Positions 48,845 through 58,910 of a stretch of 64,000 bases of DNA are shown in pieces. Location of the stretch: NCBI GenBank assembly GCA_965242535.1, contig OZ251458.1, positions 4,294,525 through 4,358,524 on the forward strand, written 5' to 3'. The position numbers were made by a program, and so were the translations under genes. Every line of letters starts with the position of its first letter. The stretch's first letter is position 1. Source of the DNA: Candidatus Latescibacterota bacterium (GTDB taxonomy: Bacteria > Latescibacterota > UBA2968). Below the pieces are notes generated by a model that did not search any database, was not told where the DNA came from, and was given only the letters and a program-made list of their open reading frames with translations.

Positions 48845-49891
48845 TCATTTTAGCGCGACCACCTCTTCGCGTTCTGCCGAGTGTCGGATGGCGTCGATCA
48901 CGCGGATGGCTTCCAAACATTCCTCGGGTTTGACCAGCAATTCTTCCCCACGCACGAGTGCCGTACCCACATTGTCGTAATACGTGCGGTACTTGCCGAA
49001 TTCGGGCGCCGCGGATCGTTCCACGGTTTGCCCGCGGTCATCGGTCACGCGCAGGTGATAGCGCGCGGGGTCTTCCGGCACGGGCATGCCAAAAACGCCC
49101 GCCTTCATCGCCGCCTCTTGGGGATCGACCCCGTACTTTCTGAAACTGCCGAGGGAACCGCGCGCGTGATAGCGCGGCTTGGCGTACATCCACGCGCTAC
49201 CCAATTCGATGAAAAAGCGCGTCCCGTTTGCAAATCGCAAGTGGATGAGGGCTAGGGCCTCGACATCGGCTTTGTCTTTGGGATAGCGGTATTGCAAATC
49301 CGCAAAAACGGTTTCCACGGTCGGCCCGTATAACTGGAGGGCCTGATCGACCAAATGCGCGCCCCAGTCGAGGACGCGCCCACCGCCGTATTTTTTCCAC
49401 GCTCGCCATCCGCTGTGCGGCCCGCCAAAGCTCGTGATGTTGGATTCAATCGTATAAATATCGCCTAAGACGCCCGATTCGAGCAGGCGTTGCAAGGTCA
49501 AAAAATCGCCATCCCACCGCCGATTTTGAAACACGCTCAAGAGCACCCCATTGCGCTCGGACGCTTCGATCATCGCCCGCGCTTCGGTCTCGTTCAAGCA
49601 CATGATCTTATCCGTGACGAGGTGTTTGCCCGCATCCATCGCCCGAATGCCCATCGGCGCGTGCGTATCGTGCGGTGTGGCGAGTACGACGAGATCGACC
49701 TCGTCGTCGTCCAACAGCGCGTCATACGCGCCATAGGTCTTGACCGAGGGAAAATCCGCCATTGCCGCTTGGCGTTTTTCCAAGGACCGCGAGCAGATCG
49801 CGTACAGCGCGAGGTCGGGCGCGAGGTCGATCAGCGGCGCGTGAAAGACTTTGCCGCCCAAGCCATATCCGACCAAACCGACGCGAATCAT
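48845..49891 (-). CDS. Gfo/Idh/MocA oxidoreductase (IolW/YdgJ-like)
   Basis: GLVGYGLGGKVFHAP, VFQNRRWDGDFLT, DWGAHLVDQ, DPQE. Confidence 0.92.
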   Translation of the reverse strand: MIRVGLVGYGLGGKVFHAPLIDLAPDLALYAICSRSLEKRQAAMADFPSVKTYGAYDALLDDDEVDLVVLATPHDTHAPMGIRAMDAGKHLVTDKIMCLNETEARAMIEASERNGVLLSVFQNRRWDGDFLTLQRLLESGVLGDIYTIESNITSFGGPHSGWRAWKKYGGGRVLDWGAHLVDQALQLYGPTVETVFADLQYRYPKDKADVEALALIHLRFANGTRFFIELGSAWMYAKPRYHARGSLGSFRKYGVDPQEAAMKAGVFGMPVPEDPARYHLRVTDDRGQTVERSAAPEFGKYRTYYDNVGTALVRGEELLVKPEECLEAIRVIDAIRHSAEREEVVALK

Positions 49892-49909
49892 AATGGGCCT
49901 CCAAAAAGA

Positions 49910-49941
49910 AAAGGCCACCTACCATGAGGTAAGCGGCCTTG
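49910..49941 (-). terminator. Probable terminator
   Basis: Imperfect AAGGCC..GGCCTT hairpin with a U tract on the minus strand. Confidence 0.45.
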
Positions 49942-49959
49942 CAAACTTCAAACGCGCCA

Positions 49960-50766
49960 TTACTTCAGCAACATCATGCGGCGCACCTGCGTGAAGTTGG
50001 TGGCGGACAAGCGGTAAATGTAAATCCCGCTGGCGACTTGCTTGCCGTATTCGTCCATGCCATCCCAAACGATCGAGTGAAAACCCGCGTCCATCGCTTC
50101 CCGAACCAGGGTGCGAACTTCCTGCCCGAGCAGGTTGTAGATCACCAGTTGGACTTCGCCGGCTTCGGGCAACTGGTAGTTGATGGTGGTGGAGGGGTTA
50201 AAGGGATTGGGGATGTTTTGATTGAGGGCGTAATCCGTGGGCACGGGCTTGAGATTGCCGATTTCGATGTTGGTAATCGGATCTATGCCGCCGGACAGAT
50301 CGACCATCACGCCGTCGAGAACTTGGAAATCCGTGGGCACTGGCGTGTGCGTGGTGTTAAACGTGAACTCGACCAAACTGCCATCGCCGCTTGCAGCCTG
50401 CCCATCGACCTTCATCGACCCAACAGCCACTTGGCCGGGGGTTTTGGTGGATGCGAGAAACAGCGGGGATTGTCCACTGCCCGTGTTGAGCAGATTTTGA
50501 TCGATCTCGCGAGCCTCGACAAATTCGTACTTGGCCTGATCGTACTGCAACACAAAGCCATAGCCCTTCAACTTCTGGGCGTGATTGATGGAGACCTGCA
50601 ACTTCAGCACGCCATCTTCGGCGACGATGCTCTGTGCGCGTTGCAACACGAGATTGGCGAGGCTATTTTGCCCGCCCGTGAATTCCAGCCCCTGCGTCAA
50701 GGGACCGGCAATGGCCGAACCGACCAAACTCAGCCCCAGACCTACGGCAACCATCATGCGCTTCAT
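49960..50766 (-). CDS. Secreted protein with cohesin-like domain and FlgD-Ig/T9SS-type C-terminal domain
   Basis: Signal peptide; YALNQNIPNPFNPSTTI.Y.LP...IYNLLGQEVRTLV...WDG....VASGIYIY. Confidence 0.85.
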   Translation of the reverse strand: MKRMMVAVGLGLSLVGSAIAGPLTQGLEFTGGQNSLANLVLQRAQSIVAEDGVLKLQVSINHAQKLKGYGFVLQYDQAKYEFVEAREIDQNLLNTGSGQSPLFLASTKTPGQVAVGSMKVDGQAASGDGSLVEFTFNTTHTPVPTDFQVLDGVMVDLSGGIDPITNIEIGNLKPVPTDYALNQNIPNPFNPSTTINYQLPEAGEVQLVIYNLLGQEVRTLVREAMDAGFHSIVWDGMDEYGKQVASGIYIYRLSATNFTQVRRMMLLK

Positions 50767-50869
50767 AACTTCCTCCTGTGAAAAAGGTGATTGGTTCTGG
50801 TTTCAGCACAAATTTACTATGTCTCTGTGTATATGTCAACCGCATTTTTGCCGATAGTTACATTTTTTT

Positions 50870-52366
50870 CTACTGCGCTTCGATGGCCTGCACCAAGGCG
50901 GAAATGGACGCCGATGACGCGGGGAGTTCCACGACCACGTCGAATCCATGTGCGGCTGCGGTTTGTGCCGTGATGGGGCCGATGCACGCGGCGCGCAAGC
51001 GTTCTCTGCCGGTTTGTCGCAGGGCATCGCCGAGCAAGTCTATGAGATTGGCGACTGTGGATGAACTCGTAAAGGTGATCAAGTCGATCTCATCCCGGGC
51101 GAGATGTTGCAAAAATTCAGCGGGCAAACCATCGGGCCGCACGGTTTTATAGACGATCACTTCGCGGACTTGGCCCCCGCGCTGGCGAATCCCCTCGCCG
51201 AGCACATCGCGGGATTTTTCGGGCCGGGGCAACAAAAATCGCCGCGAGGAGAGATCGCTGCCGAGCGCGTCGAGCAAGCCTTCGGAGGTGCGGTCAACCG
51301 CTTCGAGATCCACATCGAGATGCCATGCGCGCACTCGGGCCGAAGTCGCCGCGCCGACGCTCGCGATTTTTATCTTTTCCAACGCGCGCAGGTCGCGGCC
51401 CTGCTGAAACAAACGCCCGAAAAAGCGATCCGTTGCATTTGCACTCGTCAATATGAGCCAATCGCACGCATGCAGTTCTGCTATGGCGCGATCCACATCG
51501 CGCCAATCCTCGGGTTCGGCAAATGCAATGGTCGGCACTTCGATGACCCACGCGCCCAATGCCCGCAACTCGCGTGTCAAGTCACTCGCCTGAATACGCG
51601 CCCTCGTCACGGCGATCCGCCGTCCAAACAGGGGCTTGGACGCAAACCAATCCAAGTCCATCGCCGCGACTTTGCCTATGACGATCACCGCGGGGTTGGT
51701 CATTTCGACATCGCCCATTTTCGCCAGCGTGGTTCGCACGGTGCGTTGCGCGGGCAACGATCCCCATTGAATAGCCGCGACGGGCGTGTCGCCCGCCCGC
51801 CCCCCCGCGATGAGGCGGCGGGCAATTTCACCGCGTTTGCGCGTGCCCATCAAAATGAGGAGCGTGCCCCCCACTTTTGCCAGCCCTTCCCAATCGACTT
51901 CCCCGTGGCCTTTGAGTGAGGCGGTCGTCCCGGTGACTATCGTCACATGGGGGGAGATGCCCCTGTGCGTGGCGGGGATGCCGGCATAGGCGGGCGCGGC
52001 AATGGCACTCGTAACCCCCGGCACGATCTCAAACGGAATGTCGCGTTCTTTCAACGCCTCGGCTTCCTCGCCCCCGCGGCCAAACACCATCGGGTCGCCC
52101 CCTTTTAAGCGCACGACGCGCAAGCCCTTTTTGGCGCGGTCGATCATGAGATGGTCGATTTCCGCTTGTTGCACGCGCTGATACCCCGGGCGTTTTTCCA
52201 CGTTGATGCACTCGCACTTCGGGGATGCGTCCTGCAATAACGCGGGATTCGCCAACCCGTCATACAGGATCACATCCGCCTCTCGGATGAGGCGCAAGCC
52301 CTTCACGGTGAGCAATTCCACATCGCCCGGCCCGGCGCCGACGAGATATACGCATCCGGTTTGCAT
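50870..52366 (-). CDS. cobA: Uroporphyrinogen-III C-methyltransferase / uroporphyrinogen-III synthase fusion (CobA-HemD)
   Basis: VYLVGAGPGD, RLKGGDP.VFGRGGEE, PLFGRRIAVTR, FTSSSTV, CIGP.T. Confidence 0.96.
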   Translation of the reverse strand: MQTGCVYLVGAGPGDVELLTVKGLRLIREADVILYDGLANPALLQDASPKCECINVEKRPGYQRVQQAEIDHLMIDRAKKGLRVVRLKGGDPMVFGRGGEEAEALKERDIPFEIVPGVTSAIAAPAYAGIPATHRGISPHVTIVTGTTASLKGHGEVDWEGLAKVGGTLLILMGTRKRGEIARRLIAGGRAGDTPVAAIQWGSLPAQRTVRTTLAKMGDVEMTNPAVIVIGKVAAMDLDWFASKPLFGRRIAVTRARIQASDLTRELRALGAWVIEVPTIAFAEPEDWRDVDRAIAELHACDWLILTSANATDRFFGRLFQQGRDLRALEKIKIASVGAATSARVRAWHLDVDLEAVDRTSEGLLDALGSDLSSRRFLLPRPEKSRDVLGEGIRQRGGQVREVIVYKTVRPDGLPAEFLQHLARDEIDLITFTSSSTVANLIDLLGDALRQTGRERLRAACIGPITAQTAAAHGFDVVVELPASSASISALVQAIEAQ

Positions 52367-52514
52367 GAGTTAGCTCTTCAGAGTTGCGGTTGGGACTTGA
52401 CATGTAAGGGCGTAAAATTTTACGCCCTTACGGATCACGCGCTATTTGGATTTGGGACGAATTTGGAGATTTTCGCGGGCGCGTTGCGTCAGTTCGTAGT
52501 CCACGCCAAATCCC
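52316..52514 (-). repeat. About 200-bp repeat, copy B (inverted relative to 11691-11903)
   Basis: Roughly 90% identical by eye; the last about 55 bp are identical. Confidence 0.9.
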
Positions 52515-52542
52515 TCGCAAAATCCATAATGAATCGCGCCGT

Positions 52543-54015
52543 TCACAGTTGAATCGATTTTTTGAGTGCCCTGAGTGCCGCGCCTTCGGGGGATTTTTTG
52601 TAGTAGGGATCGAGGGGGAAGCAACCCGAGATCATGCCATTGCGAGGGGCCGTGGTGCAATCGCTGAAGGTTCGGCAGAATTTGCGTTTGGCGGTTTCGC
52701 CCTTTTGGAGCACGTCTGCGGGCAAGTCGGGGTAGGACAGCACCACGCGCCCGAGGCCGATGAAATCGACCATGCCATCGCGCACGAGCGGTTGGGCGAC
52801 GTGGGGCAGAAATTCTTGCAGATAGGAATAGGCCGTGCCCACGATGAGCAGGTCGGGAAATCGCTTTTTGATTTGCGCGACCATGCCCACTTGCCGGGCG
52901 ACGCCCACGAGCGGATCCTCGGGAGGTTGGTAGCCGTCCGACGGAGGAAAATAAGCCGGGCGTTGGATGTGGGGGTTGTAGTAGGGGCTGCCGGCCGAGA
53001 GATTGACGAGCGCGATGTCGAGTTCGCGCAGCAGGTCGAGGAATCGGCAGGTCTCGGCGAGATTGGCGGCGGTGGGATCGTTTTCGTCGATGCCAAAGCC
53101 GTACTTGTAGGGCAGGCAGTCGTCAAAATTTTCGGGAATGCCCGGGCCGAGTTTTTTGCCTTCGGATCGGTCGGGATCCGGATAAAAGGGCACGAAGTCG
53201 AACGCGCTGAGGCGCACGCCAATTTGGAGGTCGGGACACTCGGCGCGAATCCCCGCGACGATTTCGCGGAGAAATCGGGTGCGGTTTTCAAAGCGGCCGC
53301 CATAGGGGCCCGGACGGGTGAACGCGCTCAAAAACTCGTGGCCGAGATAGCCGTGGCAGTGTTTGATATCCACGAACCGATAGCCGAGGTCGTCTGCCAT
53401 GCGCGCCGCGTTGAGGTAGTCGTCGATCAGGCTTTTGATCTCGCTGTCGGACAGGATGGGATCGTCCGAGTCAATGCCGAATTTGCGGTCGAGGATCGGA
53501 TGGCGATACGCGATGCGGGGTTCGAGTTTGACTTTGTCATTCGGCCTGCAAAAGCGCCCCGAATGCGTCAGTTGAAGGCCGACGAGCAGGTCGTCGGCGT
53601 CGCCGATGTGTTCGCGGTGCGCGGACAGGAGCGCCTCGCGGAGTTGCCCGAGGCCGGCTTTGGTGTGTTCGGCGGCGTAGAGTTGGTTGGGATTTGCGCG
53701 GCCTTCAGCGCGCACGGCAACCGCTTCGCCCCCCCAGATCAATTTGGCGCCGCTCAATCCGAAGTTGTGCCAGCGGCGCAAGGTGTATGGCGAGGGGTTG
53801 CCATCGGGTTCGCCATCCCAGCCCTCCATGGGGTGAATGCAGAAGCGATTCCCAATGCGAAACCCGTGGCAGTCGGCCGGTTGGGCGAGGGGCGATTCGC
53901 CCGCGGTGAGAATTTCCCCATCGCAGGGCAGGTCGAGGCCCAGGCTTTTGACTTGCGCTTTGAATGCGTCGACGGTTTTGTGATGTCCGATGCGTTGGTA
54001 CTTTGCCAGAGGCAT
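52543..54015 (-). CDS. NADH:flavin oxidoreductase (Old Yellow Enzyme family)
   Basis: [39 protein letters not shown]. Confidence 0.9.
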   Translation of the reverse strand: MPLAKYQRIGHHKTVDAFKAQVKSLGLDLPCDGEILTAGESPLAQPADCHGFRIGNRFCIHPMEGWDGEPDGNPSPYTLRRWHNFGLSGAKLIWGGEAVAVRAEGRANPNQLYAAEHTKAGLGQLREALLSAHREHIGDADDLLVGLQLTHSGRFCRPNDKVKLEPRIAYRHPILDRKFGIDSDDPILSDSEIKSLIDDYLNAARMADDLGYRFVDIKHCHGYLGHEFLSAFTRPGPYGGRFENRTRFLREIVAGIRAECPDLQIGVRLSAFDFVPFYPDPDRSEGKKLGPGIPENFDDCLPYKYGFGIDENDPTAANLAETCRFLDLLRELDIALVNLSAGSPYYNPHIQRPAYFPPSDGYQPPEDPLVGVARQVGMVAQIKKRFPDLLIVGTAYSYLQEFLPHVAQPLVRDGMVDFIGLGRVVLSYPDLPADVLQKGETAKRKFCRTFSDCTTAPRNGMISGCFPLDPYYKKSPEGAALRALKKSIQL

Positions 54016-54116
54016 TGGCACTCCTTTGGCGATAAATGGGTTGCGTTGAACGGCGCAGAAGACTATGAATATACCAAAGGATGTTTTGTCGGGCAATGTT
54101 TCTGAAAGGAGTGGCT

Positions 54117-55079
54117 ATGGAGGGACGTGTGCAAATCGTGGTGCCGGGCGATGATCCCGTGCAGATCGCGGGGTCGCCCCATCTCGAGAAATTGGCGCCT
54201 TACGGCGATGTGGTGCTCTACGATACGCGGCCCGCGTCATCGGCAGAGAAAATCGCCCGGGTGCGAGACGCCGATGTGATCGTGAACACGCGCGGCGCAG
54301 TCACATGGGGCGAGGCCGAGTTTTCCCACTTGCCCAAGTTGAAGATGATCGCGACCTGTTCGATCGGCACGGACATGTTCGATTTGGACGCCGCAAAAGC
54401 GCGGGGGATTGCGATTTGCAACCAGCCGGGCAGAACCGCGCCCGTGGTGGCCGAACACATTTTCGGGCTGATGTTCGCGGTGGCAAAACGCGCGGCGTAT
54501 TTTACCGCAGCGATGAAAAACGGGGGCTGGCCTCGGCTGGACAACGCGATGCTCCAGGGCAAGACATTGGGGATCATCGGCGCGGGCAATACCGGGGCGG
54601 AGATGGCGCGCCTCGCGCGGGCCATTGGCATGGACGTGACCGCGTGGACCTTTCACCCATCCGTTGAACGAGGCGAACGACTCGGCGTGCGATTCGTGGA
54701 ATGGGACGCGCTGCTCGAAACCGCGGATGTGATCAGTTTGCACGTCGCGCTGACAGAGGATACCGAAGGGTTGATCGGAAAGGCCGAGTTGGCGAAGATG
54801 AAAAAGGGCGCGTTGTTGCTAAACGGCGCGCGCGGCGCGATCGTCGATACGGCCGCGCTCGCAGACGCGCTAAATCGCGGGCATATCGGCGGGGCGGGCA
54901 TCGATGTGTACGAGGATGAACCCCCGCCATCGGATCATCCCCTGTTTGCGTGCGAACAAGTGGTGCTCACCCCGCATTGCGCGGACATGACCCCCGAAGG
55001 CGTGGATTTGCTCAACAGCGGCGCGGTGGAAAATGTGATCGCATTTTTGGAAGGCAGAACGCAAAATGCGGTGGGGTGA
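54117..55079 (+). CDS. D-2-hydroxyacid dehydrogenase
   Basis: GKTLGIIGAGNTG, DVISLH, N.ARG, GIDVYEDEP, TPH. Confidence 0.92.
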   Translation: MEGRVQIVVPGDDPVQIAGSPHLEKLAPYGDVVLYDTRPASSAEKIARVRDADVIVNTRGAVTWGEAEFSHLPKLKMIATCSIGTDMFDLDAAKARGIAICNQPGRTAPVVAEHIFGLMFAVAKRAAYFTAAMKNGGWPRLDNAMLQGKTLGIIGAGNTGAEMARLARAIGMDVTAWTFHPSVERGERLGVRFVEWDALLETADVISLHVALTEDTEGLIGKAELAKMKKGALLLNGARGAIVDTAALADALNRGHIGGAGIDVYEDEPPPSDHPLFACEQVVLTPHCADMTPEGVDLLNSGAVENVIAFLEGRTQNAVG

Positions 55080-55084
55080 GGCGG

Positions 55085-55178
55085 GGAGACGGGAGAGGCG
55101 AGAGGCGAGAGGCGAGAGGCGAGAGGCGAGAGGCGAGAGGCGAGAGGCGAGAGGCGAGAGGCGAGAGGCGAGAGGCGA
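55085..55178. repeat. Heptamer array (GAGAGGC) x12
   Basis: 12 perfect units at 55093-55176, followed by a partial REP. Confidence 0.95.
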
Positions 55179-55203
55179 GCTAGTAGGGACAGGCCCTTCG
55201 CAT

Positions 55204-56289
55204 TCAGGCAGTTGCGATATACCCCTCGCGCGTCAAGAGTTCGGCCATGAGGACGGCACCGCCGGCTGCGCCGCGCACGGTGTTGTGGCTCAAGGCGATG
55301 AATTTGTAGTCGAAAATGGCGTCTTCGCGCAGGCGGCCAAGCGCGATGCCCATGCCATTGCCCGAGTCGCGGTCCAAGCGCGTTTGCGGGCGGTCATCGC
55401 CTTCGAGGTACTCGATGAATGTTTTGGGCGAGGAGGGCAGGCCCGCGGCTTTGGGATGGCTCGTGAAATCCCGCCACCGCACGAGGATGTCTTGGAGATC
55501 GGGTTTTTTGTCGAACGAGACGGATACGGCGGCCATGTGTCCATCGCTGACCGGCACGCGGACGCATTGGGCGGAAATGACGGGCGTGCGCGTGGGCGCG
55601 ATTTCGCCCTTGGCGATGTGCCCCCAAATTTTGAGGGGTTCGCGCTCGCTCTTTTCCTCTTCCCCGCCGATGTAGGGGATGACGTTGTCCGCCATTTCCG
55701 GCCATGACGCAAAGGTCTCTCCCGCGCCGGAGATGGCCTGATAGGTGCAGACAGAGGCTTTGGCAGGGCCAAATTCCGACAAGGCGTGCAAGGCCGGGAC
55801 GTAGGGCTGGATGGAGCAGTTGGGTTTGACGGCGATAAAGCCGCGTTGGACGCGCAGGCGTTTGCGTTGCGCTGGGATGATTTCCGCGTGTTGCGGGTTG
55901 ATTTCGGGCAAGAGCATGGGCACATCCGGAGTCCAGCGGTGCGCCGAGTTGTTGGAAATGACCGGGGTTTCCGCTTTGGCGTAATTTTCTTCGAGGATGC
56001 GGATCTCCCCTTTTTCCATGTCGAGGGCACAGCAGACGAAATCGACCTGAGACGCGATGGCGTCGATTTCCCGCACGTCTTGGACGACGAGGTCAGCGGC
56101 CGTTGAGGGAATGGCGACATCGGGTTGCGTCCACCGGCCCGCCACGGCTTCCCGATACGTTTTGCCGGCAGAGCGCGGGCTGGCCGCCACCGCGGCGATT
56201 TCGTACCACGGGTGATCCGCGAGCGAGGTGACAAAGCGTTGCCCGACCATGCCGGTCGCGCCGAGCACGCCTACTTTGAGCTTGGACAT
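55204..56289 (-). CDS. asd: Aspartate-semialdehyde dehydrogenase
   Basis: GVLGATGMVGQRF, KPNCS, QAISGAG, GEEEKS, RVPVSDGH, HNTVRGAAG. Confidence 0.96.
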   Translation of the reverse strand: MSKLKVGVLGATGMVGQRFVTSLADHPWYEIAAVAASPRSAGKTYREAVAGRWTQPDVAIPSTAADLVVQDVREIDAIASQVDFVCCALDMEKGEIRILEENYAKAETPVISNNSAHRWTPDVPMLLPEINPQHAEIIPAQRKRLRVQRGFIAVKPNCSIQPYVPALHALSEFGPAKASVCTYQAISGAGETFASWPEMADNVIPYIGGEEEKSEREPLKIWGHIAKGEIAPTRTPVISAQCVRVPVSDGHMAAVSVSFDKKPDLQDILVRWRDFTSHPKAAGLPSSPKTFIEYLEGDDRPQTRLDRDSGNGMGIALGRLREDAIFDYKFIALSHNTVRGAAGGAVLMAELLTREGYIATA

Positions 56290-56518
56290 GGATTTCCTTT
56301 GAAAAGAATACCGATAGACTACGGGGGGTTGGCGTTTGCCCGTTCCGTATCGCATCGAGAGTTGCGTGTGAATTTTGGATACCAACCCCGTCGTTCAGAA
56401 AAAGGGTTAGCGAATCACAAAATGGCTTTGCGTTTGGAATATACCATTTACCCGCTTGGGAACAATGAAAAGTTCTCCTTTCTAAACGGAATGAAAGCGG
56501 TTGCTGAGGTGATCTCCC

Positions 56519-57523
56519 ATGAACTATTCAATTTCAGAAATCAAAGCGGCATTGGGAACGTGCAGCCGATTGTCGCTGGCCGATTTGCCCACGCCGTTGA
56601 CCGAGTGTGCGCGGTTGGCAAAGACCTTGGGCGGGCCGCGTCTGTTGGTCAAGCGCGAGGATCAAACCGGCTTGGCGTTTGGGGGCAACAAGGTGCGCGA
56701 GTTCGAGTATTCGGTCGCGCCCGCTGTGGATGAGGGGTATGACGTGTTGTTGCACGGCGCGGCGTCGCAGTCGAATCAATCGCGGCTGACCGCAGCGGTT
56801 GCGGCTAAATTGGGCATGAAAGCGGTGATGGTCGGGCGCAAGGACGATCGTGCAACCCCGGTGAATGGCAATTTATTGCTCGCGCATCTGTTCGGCGCGA
56901 CCGTGCATCTGATCGAGCGCGAAGAGGAAAAAGAAGCCGTCATCGCAAACTTAAAAGCCGAGGGGCACAAGGTCTATAACACGAGCTCGGACGGGTATTA
57001 CTACCGCAGCGTCTCGTATGTGGATGGGTTTTTGGAATTGTGGGAACAGGTGCGGGCATTGGATGTGCGCCCCGATGCGATCTATGTCTGCGCGGGTGTG
57101 CATACGCATGTCGGGCTGGCGGTCGGCGCGAAAGCCTTGGGCGTGGACGTGCGGATTGTCGGCATCAGCCCAAGCCCACAGGACGATGCGGCGAAGAATG
57201 TGCAACTCGCGGACGTGGCAAATGAGGTGTGCAACATTCTGAAATTGGACGTGCATTTTACAGCGCGGGATTTTGAGAGCTGCGGCGAGTACGCAGGCCC
57301 TGCTTACGGCGTATTGACGCCCGAGGCGCGAGAGGCGGTTTTGATCGCCGCGCAAACCGAGGGATTGTTGCTCGACCCGGTTTATGCGGGCAAGACATTT
57401 GGCGCGCTGATCGATCACATCCGCGCGGGGTGGTACGCCGAGGATCAAACCGTGGTCTTCGTCCATACGGGCGGCACGCCTGCGCTGTTCGCGTATGGCG
57501 ATGAATTGCTGGCCGGTGGTTAG
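56519..57523 (+). CDS. PLP-dependent D-cysteine desulfhydrase/ACC deaminase family protein
   Basis: PTPL, KRED.TG..GGNKVR, EGLLLDPVY.GK, VHTGG. Confidence 0.85.
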   Translation: MNYSISEIKAALGTCSRLSLADLPTPLTECARLAKTLGGPRLLVKREDQTGLAFGGNKVREFEYSVAPAVDEGYDVLLHGAASQSNQSRLTAAVAAKLGMKAVMVGRKDDRATPVNGNLLLAHLFGATVHLIEREEEKEAVIANLKAEGHKVYNTSSDGYYYRSVSYVDGFLELWEQVRALDVRPDAIYVCAGVHTHVGLAVGAKALGVDVRIVGISPSPQDDAAKNVQLADVANEVCNILKLDVHFTARDFESCGEYAGPAYGVLTPEAREAVLIAAQTEGLLLDPVYAGKTFGALIDHIRAGWYAEDQTVVFVHTGGTPALFAYGDELLAGG

Positions 57524-57741
57524 GAATCAGACCGCACGCATGTGCGTTGTCCCAATCTCCAATCCCGTTAGCCAAAGGCAAAAGGCGAGAACGACGAAAA
57601 ATGGGATCACAGGGACGGTGCTCCCGTGCCTCGCCCAAAGATGTAATGCTAAATTGATTTTCTGTTGACCGGCTGTGATGCAATATGCGACCTGCAAATG
57701 ATCTCCTTGCCGTTACACAGTACGTCAAATAAGCCCTGACA

Positions 57742-58005
57742 AAATGCCATCCCCAAAGACCATCAGCTAAAGCCATCACGCACAGCGCGCAAGTCCGTCT
57801 CGCAACGCACTTTTATTTTTTACCCACCTTGCAGGCCGACGCATGTCGTTCTGTTACAAAAGCGCTTTGCGCTGTGCCTAGCCCCTCGGCGTTTGAGAGC
57901 GGCATTTTTTGCCTACTTTTTTTTGCTGTTGAAAAAAAGTAGGTCGCCGAAGGCATCAAAGGCAACCCACGATGCTTTAGAGCCAAATGCTTGAAACAAG
58001 CAACG
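57742..58005 (-). repeat. Large structured element, copy 6
   Basis: Core GCACAGCGCGCAAGTCC...GCGCTGTGCCTAGCCCCTCGGCG...CCTACTTTT..AAAAGTAGGTCGCCGAAGGCATC. Confidence 0.88.
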
Positions 58006-58065
58006 CATGAGTGCTACGGAACGTCCGTTCCTCATGCCTCATTCCTCCTAGATGAGAGGCAAAAC

Positions 58066-58112
58066 AAAAAAATAGCCGCCGAGGCTTGGCCCTCAGCGGC
58101 TGTTCTTTTTTT
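58066..58112. terminator. Bidirectional terminator-like hairpin
   Basis: A tract, AGCCGC.GAGG...CCTC.GCGGCT, T tract. Confidence 0.6.
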
Positions 58113-58121
58113 GGACGCCGA

Positions 58122-58910
58122 TCACGCGCCCTCGACGGCTTTTCTCAGTGCGTCGCCGTTGTTTCGCCACCAGGAATGCAGGATTGAAATATCGACCCCG
58201 ATGTTGAAGTGCCGCACGCCCATGTCGAGATACGCCTTGGCCTCGTCGGACGACATGATCTCTGCGCGGGGGGGAACGCCCATGCTCAACGCGGTCTTGA
58301 ACACCTCGTTGTGCGCGTCCAACACGCCCGGATCATTGCGATGCCCGGCCTTGCCGACGCTCATCGAATAATCCGAAGGGCCCCACTGCACCATATCCAC
58401 GCCCGGAACCGAGAGAATCGCCTCCAGATTTTCCACCGCCTCCTTTTTTTCGATCATCAGCACGACCACGGTATCCCGCATGGCCTTCACGTAGTCGGCG
58501 CCGCCGCCGTAGCCCATATACGTATTGCGCCGCGTGTACACGCTGTAAAGACCGCCGTCTTCGGGCGTATCGGGCAGGGTCACGCGCACGCACGTTCTCG
58601 CGTCTTCTTCCGTGCGGCAATCGGTGAACAAAATGCTGCCGAATCCGGACCCAATCGCCCGTTGCGCCAAGTAGTGCTGATGGCTGCGGTCGATCTTAAA
58701 CATCATGCCCATGTCGTACAACTCGGCTGCGCGGCACAGATTGTCGAGATCGTAGAGGTCAAACGTGCCGTATTCGCCGACGTATTCGACATAGTCGTAC
58801 AGCCCCGTATGTCCAATCGCTTCCACAATCGCCGGCCAACTCGAGTGGATGCGCGTGCCGATGGTCGGCTCGCCCGCATCCAGTTTTTCTCGAATGATGT
58901 TGGGTTTCAC
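58122..58910 (-). CDS. HpcH/HpaI aldolase family protein
   Basis: EYG, MIEK.EAVENLEAILSVPGVD..WGPSDYS. Confidence 0.88.
   Translation of the reverse strand: MKPNIIREKLDAGEPTIGTRIHSSWPAIVEAIGHTGLYDYVEYVGEYGTFDLYDLDNLCRAAELYDMGMMFKIDRSHQHYLAQRAIGSGFGSILFTDCRTEEDARTCVRVTLPDTPEDGGLYSVYTRRNTYMGYGGGADYVKAMRDTVVVLMIEKKEAVENLEAILSVPGVDMVQWGPSDYSMSVGKAGHRNDPGVLDAHNEVFKTALSMGVPPRAEIMSSDEAKAYLDMGVRHFNIGVDISILHSWWRNNGDALRKAVEGA

Noticed and set aside
57525-57740. AT-richer spacer after the PLP enzyme; also 56290-56510
   Set aside because: No convincing ORF, tRNA, riboswitch or repeat recognised.
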